This document shows, one piece after another, positions 41,090 through 49,533 of a stretch of DNA of 64,000 bases. The stretch comes from Candidatus Dormiibacterota bacterium (GTDB taxonomy: Bacteria > Chloroflexota > Dormibacteria > Dormibacterales > Dormibacteraceae): positions 210-64,209 of the forward strand of contig DAIOCN010000016.1 of NCBI GenBank assembly GCA_036747295.1. The letters run 5' to 3'. Under the pieces are notes generated by a model, which worked only from the letters and a program-made list of their open reading frames with translations, ran no database searches and had not been told where the DNA came from. The position numbers were made by a program, and so were the translations under genes. Each line of letters starts with the position of its first letter. The first letter of the stretch is position 1.

Positions 41090-43129
41090 TCAGGCGCCCC
41101 CCGCCTCCAGCAGCTCCTTGCGGGTGAGCTTCCGCGTGCGGCTGCCGGCGCGGCGCAGCGTCAACACCCGTTTCACGTAGTCGTCGACCGCGACCATGAA
41201 CTCGGCATGGCTCCAGGTGAGCGGGGAGACCGAGAGCGGCGCGCCGGTGTGAGGATCGAGCTGCTCGGAGAGCAGGCCACCCGGCATCTGATGTCTGACG
41301 GTCCAGTCGATGATGGCCCGGGCCGGCACCATGTCGGCCTCCGACCTGGCGCTGGCGATGTACCACTGGGCCAGCCAGAGCGTGCAGATGAACCAGGGGT
41401 TGCCGGGGCAGGTCGTGAGGTCGGGCTCCGCCTGAAAGTAGTGGTCGTCGGCGTAGCGGGCCTGGCCGCCGCTGGCCGCCCGGTTGGCCAGCTCGTCGCG
41501 GATGGCGTGCATCGTCTCGACGACCTGGGGTTCCGCCGGGCCGTACATTCCGAACCGCCAGAGCCCGCCGAGCGCGCTGTCAAGGATGGGATCGGCCGTC
41601 AGGGAGCCGTCCGGCTCGACGCTCAAGCGGCGGGCGAAGCGGCCCAGCTCTGGCCGGTAGAGGTGGCGGTCGGCCGCCTGCCGGAGCCGGTCGCGGGCCT
41701 CCTTCATCCGGAGCGCGAACCCGGCGTCGCCGAAGAGGTCACCGAAGTTCTGGGCGGCCTGCAGACCGCCCCACACGGCGCCGACGGTGAAGGCATGCAC
41801 CCCCCAGCGCTCCTCCCAGAGATCCCAGGAGGGCTTGACCAGGTCGTTGCGGTCGTCAAAGTAGCCGGCCATCCAGTCCGCGGCCGGCACCACCAGGGAG
41901 GTGTAGAGCTCGGCCACGAAATCGAGGTTGTGGTGGATGCGGAAGTGCTCCCACAGCGCCCACAGGACAAGCCCGGTCTCGTCCTCCTGGATGGGCAGCA
42001 CGCGCTCGCCGCCGGCGTCCATCCAGGCGTGCCAGGAGCTGCCCGGGTAGCCGTGCGGGGTGTACTTGTGGAGGAAGTAGCCGCCGGCACTGCGCACGTC
42101 GCGGCAGAAGGCGAAGAACTTGCGGGTCATATCCTCGTGGCCGGCCCGGTCCAGGGCGTTGGCGACCAGCGCACCGTCCCGCGGCCAGACGTAGGCATAC
42201 GTATCGCGCGCGAACTTGGTGATGTCGAAGTCGGTGGCGGCGACGATCCCACCCCGGTTGTCGGAGTGGGTCCTCACGGTCAGGACGCTGCGCCGGTACA
42301 GGCGCTCGACCTCGGGCCCCAGCTCGTCCGCGATGTGGCGGCGGTCCTTGTCCGACCAGACGGTCCAGTAGGTGGTGGTGCGCACGCGGTAGTTGGCCTC
42401 GCCCCGCTGCAGGATCAGCTCCTGGCCGTAGTTGGAGACGCTCTCGAAATTGCTGCCGACGCAGGCCCAGTGGGTCAGGGCCTTGCCTTCGAGTGCCGCC
42501 GCCGCGCCCAGGTCGAACTCGATCGTGCAGTCCACCGAGCCCTGCTCGATGGGGTTGCGGCTGAGGCTGCCGTCCTCGGCGTCCACCCAGGTGCCGGCGG
42601 CAGGGCCGCCCTTCTTGCCGGTGGCCCACGAGCTGATCCCGAACTCAGTCCCGGCCTGGCCGCCGAGCAGGAAGTAGCGATCGCCCTTGTAGGCGATGAC
42701 GGCCCTGTGCTTGGGGTCGTAGAGGACGGTGTTCCCGATGTCGGAGCCGTCGATGTACCAGTCGTAGTGGAAGAACACCTGGGCGGAGCGGAAGCCGGCC
42801 GGGCTGCTGACGCGCAGGTTCCGGATGAAATAGTCGCGTGCCATGTCCACGTAGTCGCCAAACCGGACCTCGATGCCGAGTCCGGCGTGGCGCAGGGTGA
42901 CCAGGGTCACCAGCGAGTCGCCGGAATAGCCGATCTCGCGCTCCCAGGCGGGGTCGCTCACCCAGACGAACTTGCCGTCCACCCGGAAGCCGGTCCGGCA
43001 GATGTTGCCCATCGTGTGGTTCGCCTCGCCCACCCGCGGCCAGAAAATGTCGCGCACCGCGTAGTTGGCGTCGTAGTTGACCAGGAGGTTGCCGTTCCCG
43101 ACCACGATGCTGCGGGGCATGGCGCGCAT
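41090..43129 (-). CDS. Glycoside hydrolase family 15 (glucoamylase / trehalase-like)
   Basis: N-terminus SIVVGNGNLLVNYDANYAVRDIFWP, a central (alpha/alpha)6 region with YAYVWPRDGALVANAL and WEERWGVHAFT. Length 679 aa. Confidence 0.85.
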   Translation of the reverse strand: MRAMPRSIVVGNGNLLVNYDANYAVRDIFWPRVGEANHTMGNICRTGFRVDGKFVWVSDPAWEREIGYSGDSLVTLVTLRHAGLGIEVRFGDYVDMARDYFIRNLRVSSPAGFRSAQVFFHYDWYIDGSDIGNTVLYDPKHRAVIAYKGDRYFLLGGQAGTEFGISSWATGKKGGPAAGTWVDAEDGSLSRNPIEQGSVDCTIEFDLGAAAALEGKALTHWACVGSNFESVSNYGQELILQRGEANYRVRTTTYWTVWSDKDRRHIADELGPEVERLYRRSVLTVRTHSDNRGGIVAATDFDITKFARDTYAYVWPRDGALVANALDRAGHEDMTRKFFAFCRDVRSAGGYFLHKYTPHGYPGSSWHAWMDAGGERVLPIQEDETGLVLWALWEHFRIHHNLDFVAELYTSLVVPAADWMAGYFDDRNDLVKPSWDLWEERWGVHAFTVGAVWGGLQAAQNFGDLFGDAGFALRMKEARDRLRQAADRHLYRPELGRFARRLSVEPDGSLTADPILDSALGGLWRFGMYGPAEPQVVETMHAIRDELANRAASGGQARYADDHYFQAEPDLTTCPGNPWFICTLWLAQWYIASARSEADMVPARAIIDWTVRHQMPGGLLSEQLDPHTGAPLSVSPLTWSHAEFMVAVDDYVKRVLTLRRAGSRTRKLTRKELLEAGGA

Positions 43130-43688
43130 GGTATCTCTGGACGCTGAAGTGGCGAGTGCAGAGCCTAGGGAACCATGGCAGCCGGAGATCCGCGTCGTGG
43201 CCTCGCCGCGGCGGCGGCGGACGGTCTCCGCCCGCCTGGTCGAAGGCGTCCTGGAGCTGCGCGTGCCCGCCTGGATGTCCCAGCGGGAGCGCGACGAGTG
43301 GGCCGAGAAGATGCGCCGGCGGATCGAACGCCAGATCCGGCGCGCGAAGCCGGCCGACGCCGACCTGAGCCGCCGGGCCCAGGGTCTGAACCGCCGCTTC
43401 TTCGAAGGCCGGCTGCGCTGGACCTCGATCAGCTTCGCCGAGCAGGAGAGGCGCTGGGGCTCCTGCAGCTACGTCAGCGGCGTGATCCGGATCTCCTCGC
43501 GAGCGGCCCGATTGCCCGCCTGGGTGCTCGACTACATCGTGGTCCACGAGCTGGCCCATCTGGAGCGCGCGGAGCACGGTCCGAAGTTCTGGGAGCTGGT
43601 CGCCGCCTACCCACTGGCTGAGCGGGCGCGCGGCTACCTGATGGCGCTCGACCACGCCGCCGGCGAGCTCGGCGTCGAGGATTACTAG
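43128..43688 (+). CDS. M48-family metallopeptidase, YgjP-like (DUF45)
   Basis: WGSCSYVSGVIRISSR...YIVVHELAHLERAEHGPKFW. Confidence 0.8.
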   Translation: MVSLDAEVASAEPREPWQPEIRVVASPRRRRTVSARLVEGVLELRVPAWMSQRERDEWAEKMRRRIERQIRRAKPADADLSRRAQGLNRRFFEGRLRWTSISFAEQERRWGSCSYVSGVIRISSRAARLPAWVLDYIVVHELAHLERAEHGPKFWELVAAYPLAERARGYLMALDHAAGELGVEDY

Positions 43689-43787
43689 ATTCAGACGTGG
43701 CGGGAAAGCCTGGCTCCGCCAGGCTGTCTGAGTCCCGAATTCAAGACGCGCACCAACCCGATAAGTCCTCTGGGGGGAGGAAGGGTA

Positions 43788-43816
43788 CTGGGGAGGAACC
43801 GCAGGTTCTTCCCCAG
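43788..43816. terminator. Strong hairpin immediately after the alcohol dehydrogenase stop; no U-tract
   Basis: CTGGGGAGGAA / CCGCAGG / TTCTTCCCCAG: an 11-bp stem with one G:U pair on the + strand or one mismatch on the - strand. A second hairpin AGCCTGGC-TCC-GCCAGGCT lies at 43707-43725. Confidence 0.3.
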
Positions 43817-43818
43817 AC

Positions 43819-44856
43819 TTAAGGGGTAAGAACGACCTTGGTGGCTTCCCGGGAGTCGAACAGCTGGTAGGCGCGGACGGCCTCGTCGAGCTTCATGCGG
43901 TGGCTGATCACCACTTCAGGGTGCAGGCGGCCGGCCGCGATCAGGTCGAGGAGCGGGCGCATGTACGCGTGCACGTTGGCGCAGCCTGAGCGATAGGTGA
44001 GGTCGCGCGTCCAGAAGTCCCAGTAGGGGAAGTCGGCGCTGACCTGGTTGGGAACGCCCACTGAGGACACGATCCCGCCTCCCCGCACGCAGTTGATCGC
44101 CGTCTCGATGGCCGCCATCTGGCCCACGCACTCGAGCGCCGAGTCGGCGCCCTGGCCGTGGTTGCGCATGGCGATCTCTTGCACCGGGTGGGCCGCCCGC
44201 ATGTCCAGCGGGACGGCCCCCAGCTGCTGGGCCAGCTCCAGCCGCTGGTCGACCTGGTCCACGGCGAACACGACGGCGGGGCCGAAGAGCTGGGCGCACA
44301 TGACCGCCATGAGGCCGACCGGGCCGGCTCCGATGACCGCCACCACGTCGCCGGGGACGATCTGCGCGCGCTCGGCCGCGAAGTAGCCGGTGCTCAGGAT
44401 GTCGCCTACGAAGATCGCTTGCTCGTCGAGCACCCCGTCGGGTATCGCAGCCAGATTGAGGTCGGCCCTGGGGACTACCAGGAACTCGGCCTGGGCGCCG
44501 CCCAGGCCCCCGGAATAGAAGCCGTTGCCGAAGATGGCGCGCTCCTGGCACTGGGCGAACCAGCCCCGCTGGCAGGGCCGGCAGTGCCCGCAGACCGCGA
44601 AAAAGGCGGATACGACGCGATCCCCGACCTTGAAGCGCCTGACGTCAGGCCCCACCTCCTCGATGACACCCACCATCTCGTGGCCTACGATGGCGCCCTC
44701 GTCCATCGGAGCGTTGCCGTGGTAGATGTGCAGGTCGGAGCCGCAGATGGCGCCCAGCGTGATCTTCACCAGGGCGTCGCCCGGGTCCTGGACAGCGGGC
44801 TTGGGGACCTCCGTGACCCGGAAGTCGCCCACGTCCTGGAAGGTGACAGCCTTCAC
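43819..44856 (-). CDS. Zinc-dependent alcohol dehydrogenase (MDR superfamily)
   Basis: GHEMVGVIEEVG, structural-zinc cysteines CGHCRPCQRGWFAQC, and Rossmann motif VIGAGPVGL. GTG 44856 (MKAVTFQD-type start) is preferred over 44904. A TACAAT box at 44869..44864 would make the mRNA nearly leaderless. Confidence 0.85.
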   Translation of the reverse strand: MKAVTFQDVGDFRVTEVPKPAVQDPGDALVKITLGAICGSDLHIYHGNAPMDEGAIVGHEMVGVIEEVGPDVRRFKVGDRVVSAFFAVCGHCRPCQRGWFAQCQERAIFGNGFYSGGLGGAQAEFLVVPRADLNLAAIPDGVLDEQAIFVGDILSTGYFAAERAQIVPGDVVAVIGAGPVGLMAVMCAQLFGPAVVFAVDQVDQRLELAQQLGAVPLDMRAAHPVQEIAMRNHGQGADSALECVGQMAAIETAINCVRGGGIVSSVGVPNQVSADFPYWDFWTRDLTYRSGCANVHAYMRPLLDLIAAGRLHPEVVISHRMKLDEAVRAYQLFDSREATKVVLTP

Positions 44857-44890
44857 GCGCCGGATTGTAGCGTCCGCTCCGGAGGTGGAG

Positions 44891-44919
44891 TTGGCAAGGC
44901 CCACGTTTGGCCCTATAGT
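44891..44919 (+). promoter_or_regulatory. Near-consensus sigma-70/sigA-type promoter TTGGCA-N17-TATAGT
   Basis: TTGGCA at 44891-44896, an exact 17-nt spacer, and TATAGT at 44914-44919. It lies 60 nt upstream of ATG 44979, which has GGAGGA 7 nt upstream. Confidence 0.5.
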
Positions 44920-44926
44920 GATAGAG
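44911..44926. promoter_or_regulatory. Operator-like palindrome CCCTAT-AGTG-ATAGAG overlapping the -10 box
   Basis: Inverted arms CCCTAT / ATAGAG (5 of 6 complementary) with a 4-nt spacer. The site overlaps the -10 box and the predicted transcription start. Confidence 0.35.
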
Positions 44927-44978
44927 CTGCTGTCATTATTTGACCGTCTTTATGGACGGTTTCATCTGGAGGACACCA

Positions 44979-45458
44979 ATGCAAACCTGGATTTGGGTGA
45001 TCCTGGTCGTGGCCGTGATCGCCGTCCTGCTCGGCCTCGCCATGGTGGGCGTGCGCAGCCGCCGGCGAGCGCCGTTCGAGACGCGCATGTTCCCGGCCAA
45101 CTACGTCGAGCCGTACGCCCGGCGCATCGAGGAGATCGAGAGGATGTTCGTCGACCAGCCGCGGGGGGCTGTAGCCGCCGCGAAGCTGCTGGTGGACGAC
45201 ATGCTCACCCGGCAGGGCTACCCCGTCCGGATGAGCCCTGAGGAACGGGTCCGCGACCTGCGCCACTTCGGTAAGGAGCGGGCAGGCCGCTACCGCACGG
45301 CGTCGGCCCTCAAGGACGATGCCACCACCGAGCACATGCGCAGGGCTCTGCAGCACTACCTCGGTCTGGCCGGCGACATGCTCAGCGACGCTCGCAAGGA
45401 GTACAAGGACGTGCCGGCGGCCGAAGACGCGAGCCAGGGCCGGGAGATCGCCGGCTAG
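44979..45458 (+). CDS. Hypothetical membrane-anchored protein (single N-terminal TM)
   Basis: MQTWIWVILVVAVIAVLLGLAMVG, then a soluble helical domain. GGAGGA RBS and a candidate promoter upstream. Confidence 0.6.
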   Translation: MQTWIWVILVVAVIAVLLGLAMVGVRSRRRAPFETRMFPANYVEPYARRIEEIERMFVDQPRGAVAAAKLLVDDMLTRQGYPVRMSPEERVRDLRHFGKERAGRYRTASALKDDATTEHMRRALQHYLGLAGDMLSDARKEYKDVPAAEDASQGREIAG

Positions 45459-45487
45459 CGATCGCAGCGCCCCCGTAGAGTGGGCGC

Positions 45488-46270
45488 GTGGGAAGGCTTC
45501 GCGGGGCGTCCGTCCTGGTGACGGGGGCCTCCAGCGGTATTGGCGAGGCGACGGCGCTGGCTTTCGCGCGCCAGGGCAGCCGGCTGGCGCTCTGCGCGCG
45601 CCGCCTGGATCGCCTGCAATCGGTGGCCGAACGCTGCCGGGCCGCGGGCGCCGTGGCCGTGACCGTGAGGCGGGCCGACGTCAGCCGGCGCGCGGAGGCA
45701 CAGGCATTCGTAGCGGGCGCGCTGGGCGACTTCGAACGGGTGGACGTGCTTGTGAACAACGCCGGGTTCGGGTGGCGAGGCCCGCTCCAGGACATGCCGC
45801 CCGAGCAGGTGGAGGCCCTGTTCGCAACCAACGTGCAGGGGCTCATCTGGACGACTCAGGCGGTTCTGCCGGGCATGCTGGAGCTCAACTCGGGAGTGAT
45901 CGTGAACGTGGCCTCGGTCGTGGGCTTTCGAGCCGCCCCCTACTCCGCCGTATATTCGGCCAGCAAGCACGCGGTGGTCGGTCTCTCCCACGCCCTGCGC
46001 GGCGAGCTGAGCGGGAGCGGGGTCAAGGTGACGGTCGTCTACCCGGGCACGACCGACACGGAGTTCTTCGAGAACGAGACCCCAGGGCCGCTCATGCAGC
46101 CCGCGTCGGCGGTCGCGGCCGCCATCGTCCGGGCCGCGCGCCGGCCCCGGCGCGACGTGATCATGGTCCCCTACCGGCTGGCGCACCTCGCCGAGCCCCT
46201 CTTCGGCGGCCTCATGGACCACCTGATAGGCGGGTTCCGGCGCCGCCAGGGCAGATCGGCTAGGCCGTAG
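45488..46270 (+). CDS. Short-chain dehydrogenase/reductase (SDR)
   Basis: VLVTGASSGIGEA, NNAG, and YSASKHAV. Confidence 0.9.
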   Translation: MGRLRGASVLVTGASSGIGEATALAFARQGSRLALCARRLDRLQSVAERCRAAGAVAVTVRRADVSRRAEAQAFVAGALGDFERVDVLVNNAGFGWRGPLQDMPPEQVEALFATNVQGLIWTTQAVLPGMLELNSGVIVNVASVVGFRAAPYSAVYSASKHAVVGLSHALRGELSGSGVKVTVVYPGTTDTEFFENETPGPLMQPASAVAAAIVRAARRPRRDVIMVPYRLAHLAEPLFGGLMDHLIGGFRRRQGRSARP

Positions 46271-47168
46271 CCGCCGCCGCCTCTTCGAGCAGTCGCTCCA
46301 GCTGGTGGGCGTTCTGGACCGAGTAGTTCGAGTAGTTGTTGTTCATGATCGCGTGGACCTCGGCCGTGCGTTCCTCCAGCTCGCGGATGCGGGGCACCCA
46401 CTCGCTCAGCTCCTCATCCGTGTAGAGGTACTGAAAGCGGACGCTGGGCGGCACTCCCTTCAGGTTCCAGGTCTCGTGGTTGCGGCCGTGGAAGCGGACG
46501 ATCGCCAGCTTGTCGGAGGTCGCCTCGGCCAGCGGCGGCATGCTGGTGCCGTAGCCCTGAGGCACGTCCACGGCAACGTAGGGGATGCCGCGGGAGCGTA
46601 GGAACGTGAGTGTGCCGGAGGCGTGCCGCTCGTCCAGCCACTCCCGTTTCCGGAACTCGACGGCCACCTGGAAGCCATACATGCGCTCCTGGCACTGCTC
46701 GATGTACGCCAGCGACTTGCTGGTCGGAAAGAACCAGGGCGGGTATTGAAAGAACACGGCCCCCAGCTTCCCGGCCACCTGGAGAGGCTCGAGCGCGTCC
46801 CGGAAGGCGTCCCAGGCGGCGTCGACGACGTCCGGCGGCAGGTTCTCGACATACAGGTCCTTGCCCTGCAACTCCTTCGGCACCCCCTCGCGGATCTCAG
46901 GCGGGAGAGCGTTGAACTTGGTCGGGTGCTGCGTGAAAAGGGAGAAGGACTTCACGTCGAACGTGAAGCTGTCTGGTGTACGGGCGACCCAGTAGTCCGA
47001 GTTCTTCCGCGTGGGCATCCCGTAGTAGGTGGAGTCCACCTCCACCAGCGGGAACTGGCTGGCGTAATACTGCAGGCGCTCCTCGGACGACGTCGCCCCT
47101 TTGGGGTAGAACAGGCCGGAGCCGATCAATGACTTGTCGATCCAGCCGGCGATGCCGCACTTCGCCAT
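46260..47168 (-). CDS. DUF72 (UPF0759, YecE-like) protein
   Basis: From ATG 47168: ERLQYYASQFPLVEVDSTYYGMP...WVARTPDSFTFDVKSFSLFTQH. Confidence 0.8.
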   Translation of the reverse strand: MAKCGIAGWIDKSLIGSGLFYPKGATSSEERLQYYASQFPLVEVDSTYYGMPTRKNSDYWVARTPDSFTFDVKSFSLFTQHPTKFNALPPEIREGVPKELQGKDLYVENLPPDVVDAAWDAFRDALEPLQVAGKLGAVFFQYPPWFFPTSKSLAYIEQCQERMYGFQVAVEFRKREWLDERHASGTLTFLRSRGIPYVAVDVPQGYGTSMPPLAEATSDKLAIVRFHGRNHETWNLKGVPPSVRFQYLYTDEELSEWVPRIRELEERTAEVHAIMNNNYSNYSVQNAHQLERLLEEAAAATA

Positions 47169-47230
47169 GGCCTCAAGTTTGCCCTCAGGCCCGCCGCCAA
47201 GGACAGCCGGATGACGAGCCCCCGAGCCGG

Positions 47231-48376
47231 TTAGCGGCTGAGGGTCGCCCCCAGGAGTCCCGCCAGCGAGAGCGCGCCCGCCAGCGCCAGCAGCACGCCC
47301 AGGCAACCGGTCGAGACCCCCTTCTTCTCCACGTTCTTGACCGGCGCGTCAGGACTGTCGGCAGGCGCGACGGGCGAGGCGACCTGGACCCCTGGGGAAG
47401 CCTCGGGCTGGGAAGAGGGCATCGACTGAGAGGGCCCATCAAATGCCCCCGCCGCGGCCATTGTCGACAGGTCGACGCCCGGTTCCAGGCCCCTGCGCCA
47501 GCCCGGGGTCAGCCGGTCGGCGACCCTGCTGAGCGCTTCGTCGAACTCATCGCCGGTCTGGAAGCGGGTCTCCGGCCGCTTGGCGAGCGACTTCAGCATG
47601 ACCTCCTCGAGCCGGGGGTCCAGCCCCGGGCGGTGGAGGGTAGGCGGCGGGGGCGGCGACTGCACGTGCTGGGCCATGAGGGTGAACGGCCCGGCCGCCT
47701 CGGTCGCGGTGAAGGGCGGCTGGCCGCAGATCAGCTCGTAGAGCATGACCCCGGCCGAGTAAAGGTCCGACCTGCCATCGACCTTGCTCGAGGCCACCTG
47801 CTCGGGGGACATGTACTGAGGCGTCCCCACGGTGGTCCCGGTGCGCGTTGCGGTGGAACCGCCCGTATCGTCGGTCAGCCGGGCGATGCCGAAGTCGGCG
47901 ACCTTGACCTCGCCCTCGTCCGATATCAGCACGTTCTCGGGCTTCATATCGCGATGCACGATCGAGTGCTTGTGCGCGTAGTTCAACGCCTGGAGAACCG
48001 AGTGCATGACTGCGAATGTTTGCGGCAGCGGCACCAGGCCGCGGTTCATCAGGTCCCGAAGGGACTGGCCGCGGACGAACTCCAGGATGATGTAGTTGGC
48101 CGCGCCGACCTGCTCCAGGTCGTGAACCTGCACCAGGTTGGGATGGCTGGTGCGGGCCATCACCCGCGCCTCCTGCAAGAAGCGCGTCAGGGCGGTGGAG
48201 TCGGCGGCCGAGTTGACGATCAGCTCCTTGATCGCGACCTCGCGGCCGAGACCGGGCTGCTCGGCCAGGTACACCGCTCCCATGCCGCCGCGACCGAGCT
48301 CCCGCTTGACCACGTATTTGCCGATGCGGCGGCCCTCGGGATGCGGCGCAGGCGCCGGCGGCGTGACCTCGCCCAT
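47231..48376 (-). CDS. Hanks-type Ser/Thr protein kinase, C-terminally tail-anchored
   Basis: GRGGMGAVYLA, VAIK, HRDMKPENVLI, DFGIAR, GTPQYMSPE. A single TM helix sits at the extreme C-terminus (CLGVLLALAGALSLAGLLGATLSR). Confidence 0.9.
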   Translation of the reverse strand: MGEVTPPAPAPHPEGRRIGKYVVKRELGRGGMGAVYLAEQPGLGREVAIKELIVNSAADSTALTRFLQEARVMARTSHPNLVQVHDLEQVGAANYIILEFVRGQSLRDLMNRGLVPLPQTFAVMHSVLQALNYAHKHSIVHRDMKPENVLISDEGEVKVADFGIARLTDDTGGSTATRTGTTVGTPQYMSPEQVASSKVDGRSDLYSAGVMLYELICGQPPFTATEAAGPFTLMAQHVQSPPPPPTLHRPGLDPRLEEVMLKSLAKRPETRFQTGDEFDEALSRVADRLTPGWRRGLEPGVDLSTMAAAGAFDGPSQSMPSSQPEASPGVQVASPVAPADSPDAPVKNVEKKGVSTGCLGVLLALAGALSLAGLLGATLSR

Positions 48377-48456
48377 AACGCGGCGAGCCTACCAGACGAG
48401 CGTTGAACGCGCGAAGGACCGGCGGAGAGCCACGAAAGTATGGCTATTTGTGGCTT

Positions 48457-48486
48457 TTGCGACGATAATTGCTGCCGCAGTCGCAA
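48457..48486. promoter_or_regulatory. 7-bp inverted repeat TTGCGAC-N16-GTCGCAA upstream of the DUF4870 gene
   Basis: Seen directly at 48457-48463 and 48480-48486, 27 nt upstream of ATG 48513 in an AT-richer stretch. Function unknown. Confidence 0.2.
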
Positions 48487-48512
48487 CCTGTCATTTCATT
48501 CGGAGGAACCAT

Positions 48513-48932
48513 ATGCAGAATCCGCCCCCCGGACCCCCGCCGGGCAACCCGCCGGGCAACTACCCACCGGCTGCTTCGAGCGGCATCAACACCAGGACGG
48601 GTGCGCTTCTGTCCTACCTATTGACGTGGGTGACCGGCATCATCTTCCTGTTCGTCGGGAAGGGGAATCCTGACGTCAAATACCATGCTGCACAGTCGCT
48701 GGTCTGGTTCGGTTCGCTCCAGGTGCTGGGCATCATCATCAACATCGTTTCGAGCTTCAACGGGCTCGGGTTCCTGGGCTTCGTCGGGCTTCTGATCGGC
48801 CTGGTGACCTTCATCTCCTGGCTCTACTGCCTGTACAAGGCGTGGACCGGGAACGGCGCGCGGTTCGAGCTTCCGCTCGTGGGGGGCATTGTCACGCCTT
48901 ACGCCGAGCAGCTCGCTAACAGCATCAACTGA
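48513..48932 (+). CDS. DUF4870-like small membrane protein with Pro-rich N-terminus
   Basis: GGAGG lies 6 nt before the ATG. LSYLLTWVTGIIFLFVGKGNPDVKYHAAQSLVWFG is typical of this family. Confidence 0.7.
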   Translation: MQNPPPGPPPGNPPGNYPPAASSGINTRTGALLSYLLTWVTGIIFLFVGKGNPDVKYHAAQSLVWFGSLQVLGIIINIVSSFNGLGFLGFVGLLIGLVTFISWLYCLYKAWTGNGARFELPLVGGIVTPYAEQLANSIN

Positions 48933-48943
48933 CGTCGCGATTC

Positions 48944-48978
48944 AAAAAGAGGGCCTCGCCTAGCGCGAGGCCCTTTTC
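48944..48978. terminator. Bidirectional rho-independent terminator
   Basis: AAAAA-ga-GGGCCTCGC / CTAGC / GCGAGGCCC-TTTT. Stems at 48951-48959 and 48965-48973. It serves the + gene ending at 48932 and the - operon ending at 48960. Confidence 0.75.
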
Positions 48979-49265
48979 ATTTCCTGCAGGGCCTCCTGGA
49001 CTCCCTCACGCAGCGAATCGCGCTCCTCGCGCGCGGCTGCGAGCTGCTCGCGCAGCCGGCGGTTCTCCTCTTCGAGGGCCCGCAGGCGGGGGTCCGGCTT
49101 GCCGGCCGCCGCCTTCATGTCGCCGGCCTCCAGCCGCAGCCGCTCGTTGGCGACCTTCAACTCCCGGCGCTCGGCCAGGAGCTCCTGGACGAGTGAGGGC
49201 TCAGGCCCCCGCGGCGGACCTGGCGCCCCCGTCGACATAGCGGCAGTGCCCGGGCTGGTACTCAC
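48960..49265 (-). CDS. Hypothetical coiled-coil protein (start may be ATG 49238)
   Basis: Heptad-like, charged sequence: LVQELLAERRELKVANERLRLE...LRALEEENRRLREQLAAAREERDSLREGVQEALQEMK. Confidence 0.5.
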   Translation of the reverse strand: MSTSPGTAAMSTGAPGPPRGPEPSLVQELLAERRELKVANERLRLEAGDMKAAAGKPDPRLRALEEENRRLREQLAAAREERDSLREGVQEALQEMKRASR

Positions 49266-49506
49266 GGAGTCGCAGATGCTCCATCTCGCCGCGCAGGTAG
49301 CGAGCCTTCACGGCGAGCGACTCGGAGAGCTTGGCGTTTTCGAACGGGTACCTGAACAGGTATTTGGAATCGATCAGAAGGCAGACGGACAGCCGATCCC
49401 CATCGTCCTCGTCCACGTACTTGTAGCAGGGCACGGTGCGGCGTGTGATCTGGCGGATCGGCACGCCGAGGACGCGGCCCCGGAAGACCTCGAGCGGCGA
49501 GCGCAT
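49201..49506 (-). CDS. Hypothetical 101-aa protein
   Basis: Strong GC3 signal: MRSPLEVFRGRVLGVPIRQITRRTVPCYKYVDEDDGDRLSVCLLIDSKYLFRYPFENAKLSESLAVKARYLRGEMEHLRL. Its 3' end overlaps the next ORF out of frame. Confidence 0.55.
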   Translation of the reverse strand: MRSPLEVFRGRVLGVPIRQITRRTVPCYKYVDEDDGDRLSVCLLIDSKYLFRYPFENAKLSESLAVKARYLRGEMEHLRLREYQPGHCRYVDGGARSAAGA

Positions 49507-49533
49507 GCATGGATGATGCTAGAGCTTCGGATC

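Noticed and set aside
41207-43147. 646-aa + ORF
   Set aside because: It is an antisense shadow of the GH15 gene. It is Gly/Ala/Val/Arg-rich with no recognisable domain.
44911-44926. tetO-like site as evidence of cloning-vector contamination
   Set aside because: The match lacks one base relative to the tetO2 sequence I remember, and no TetR or vector backbone is present. The flanks are continuous native coding sequence on both sides.
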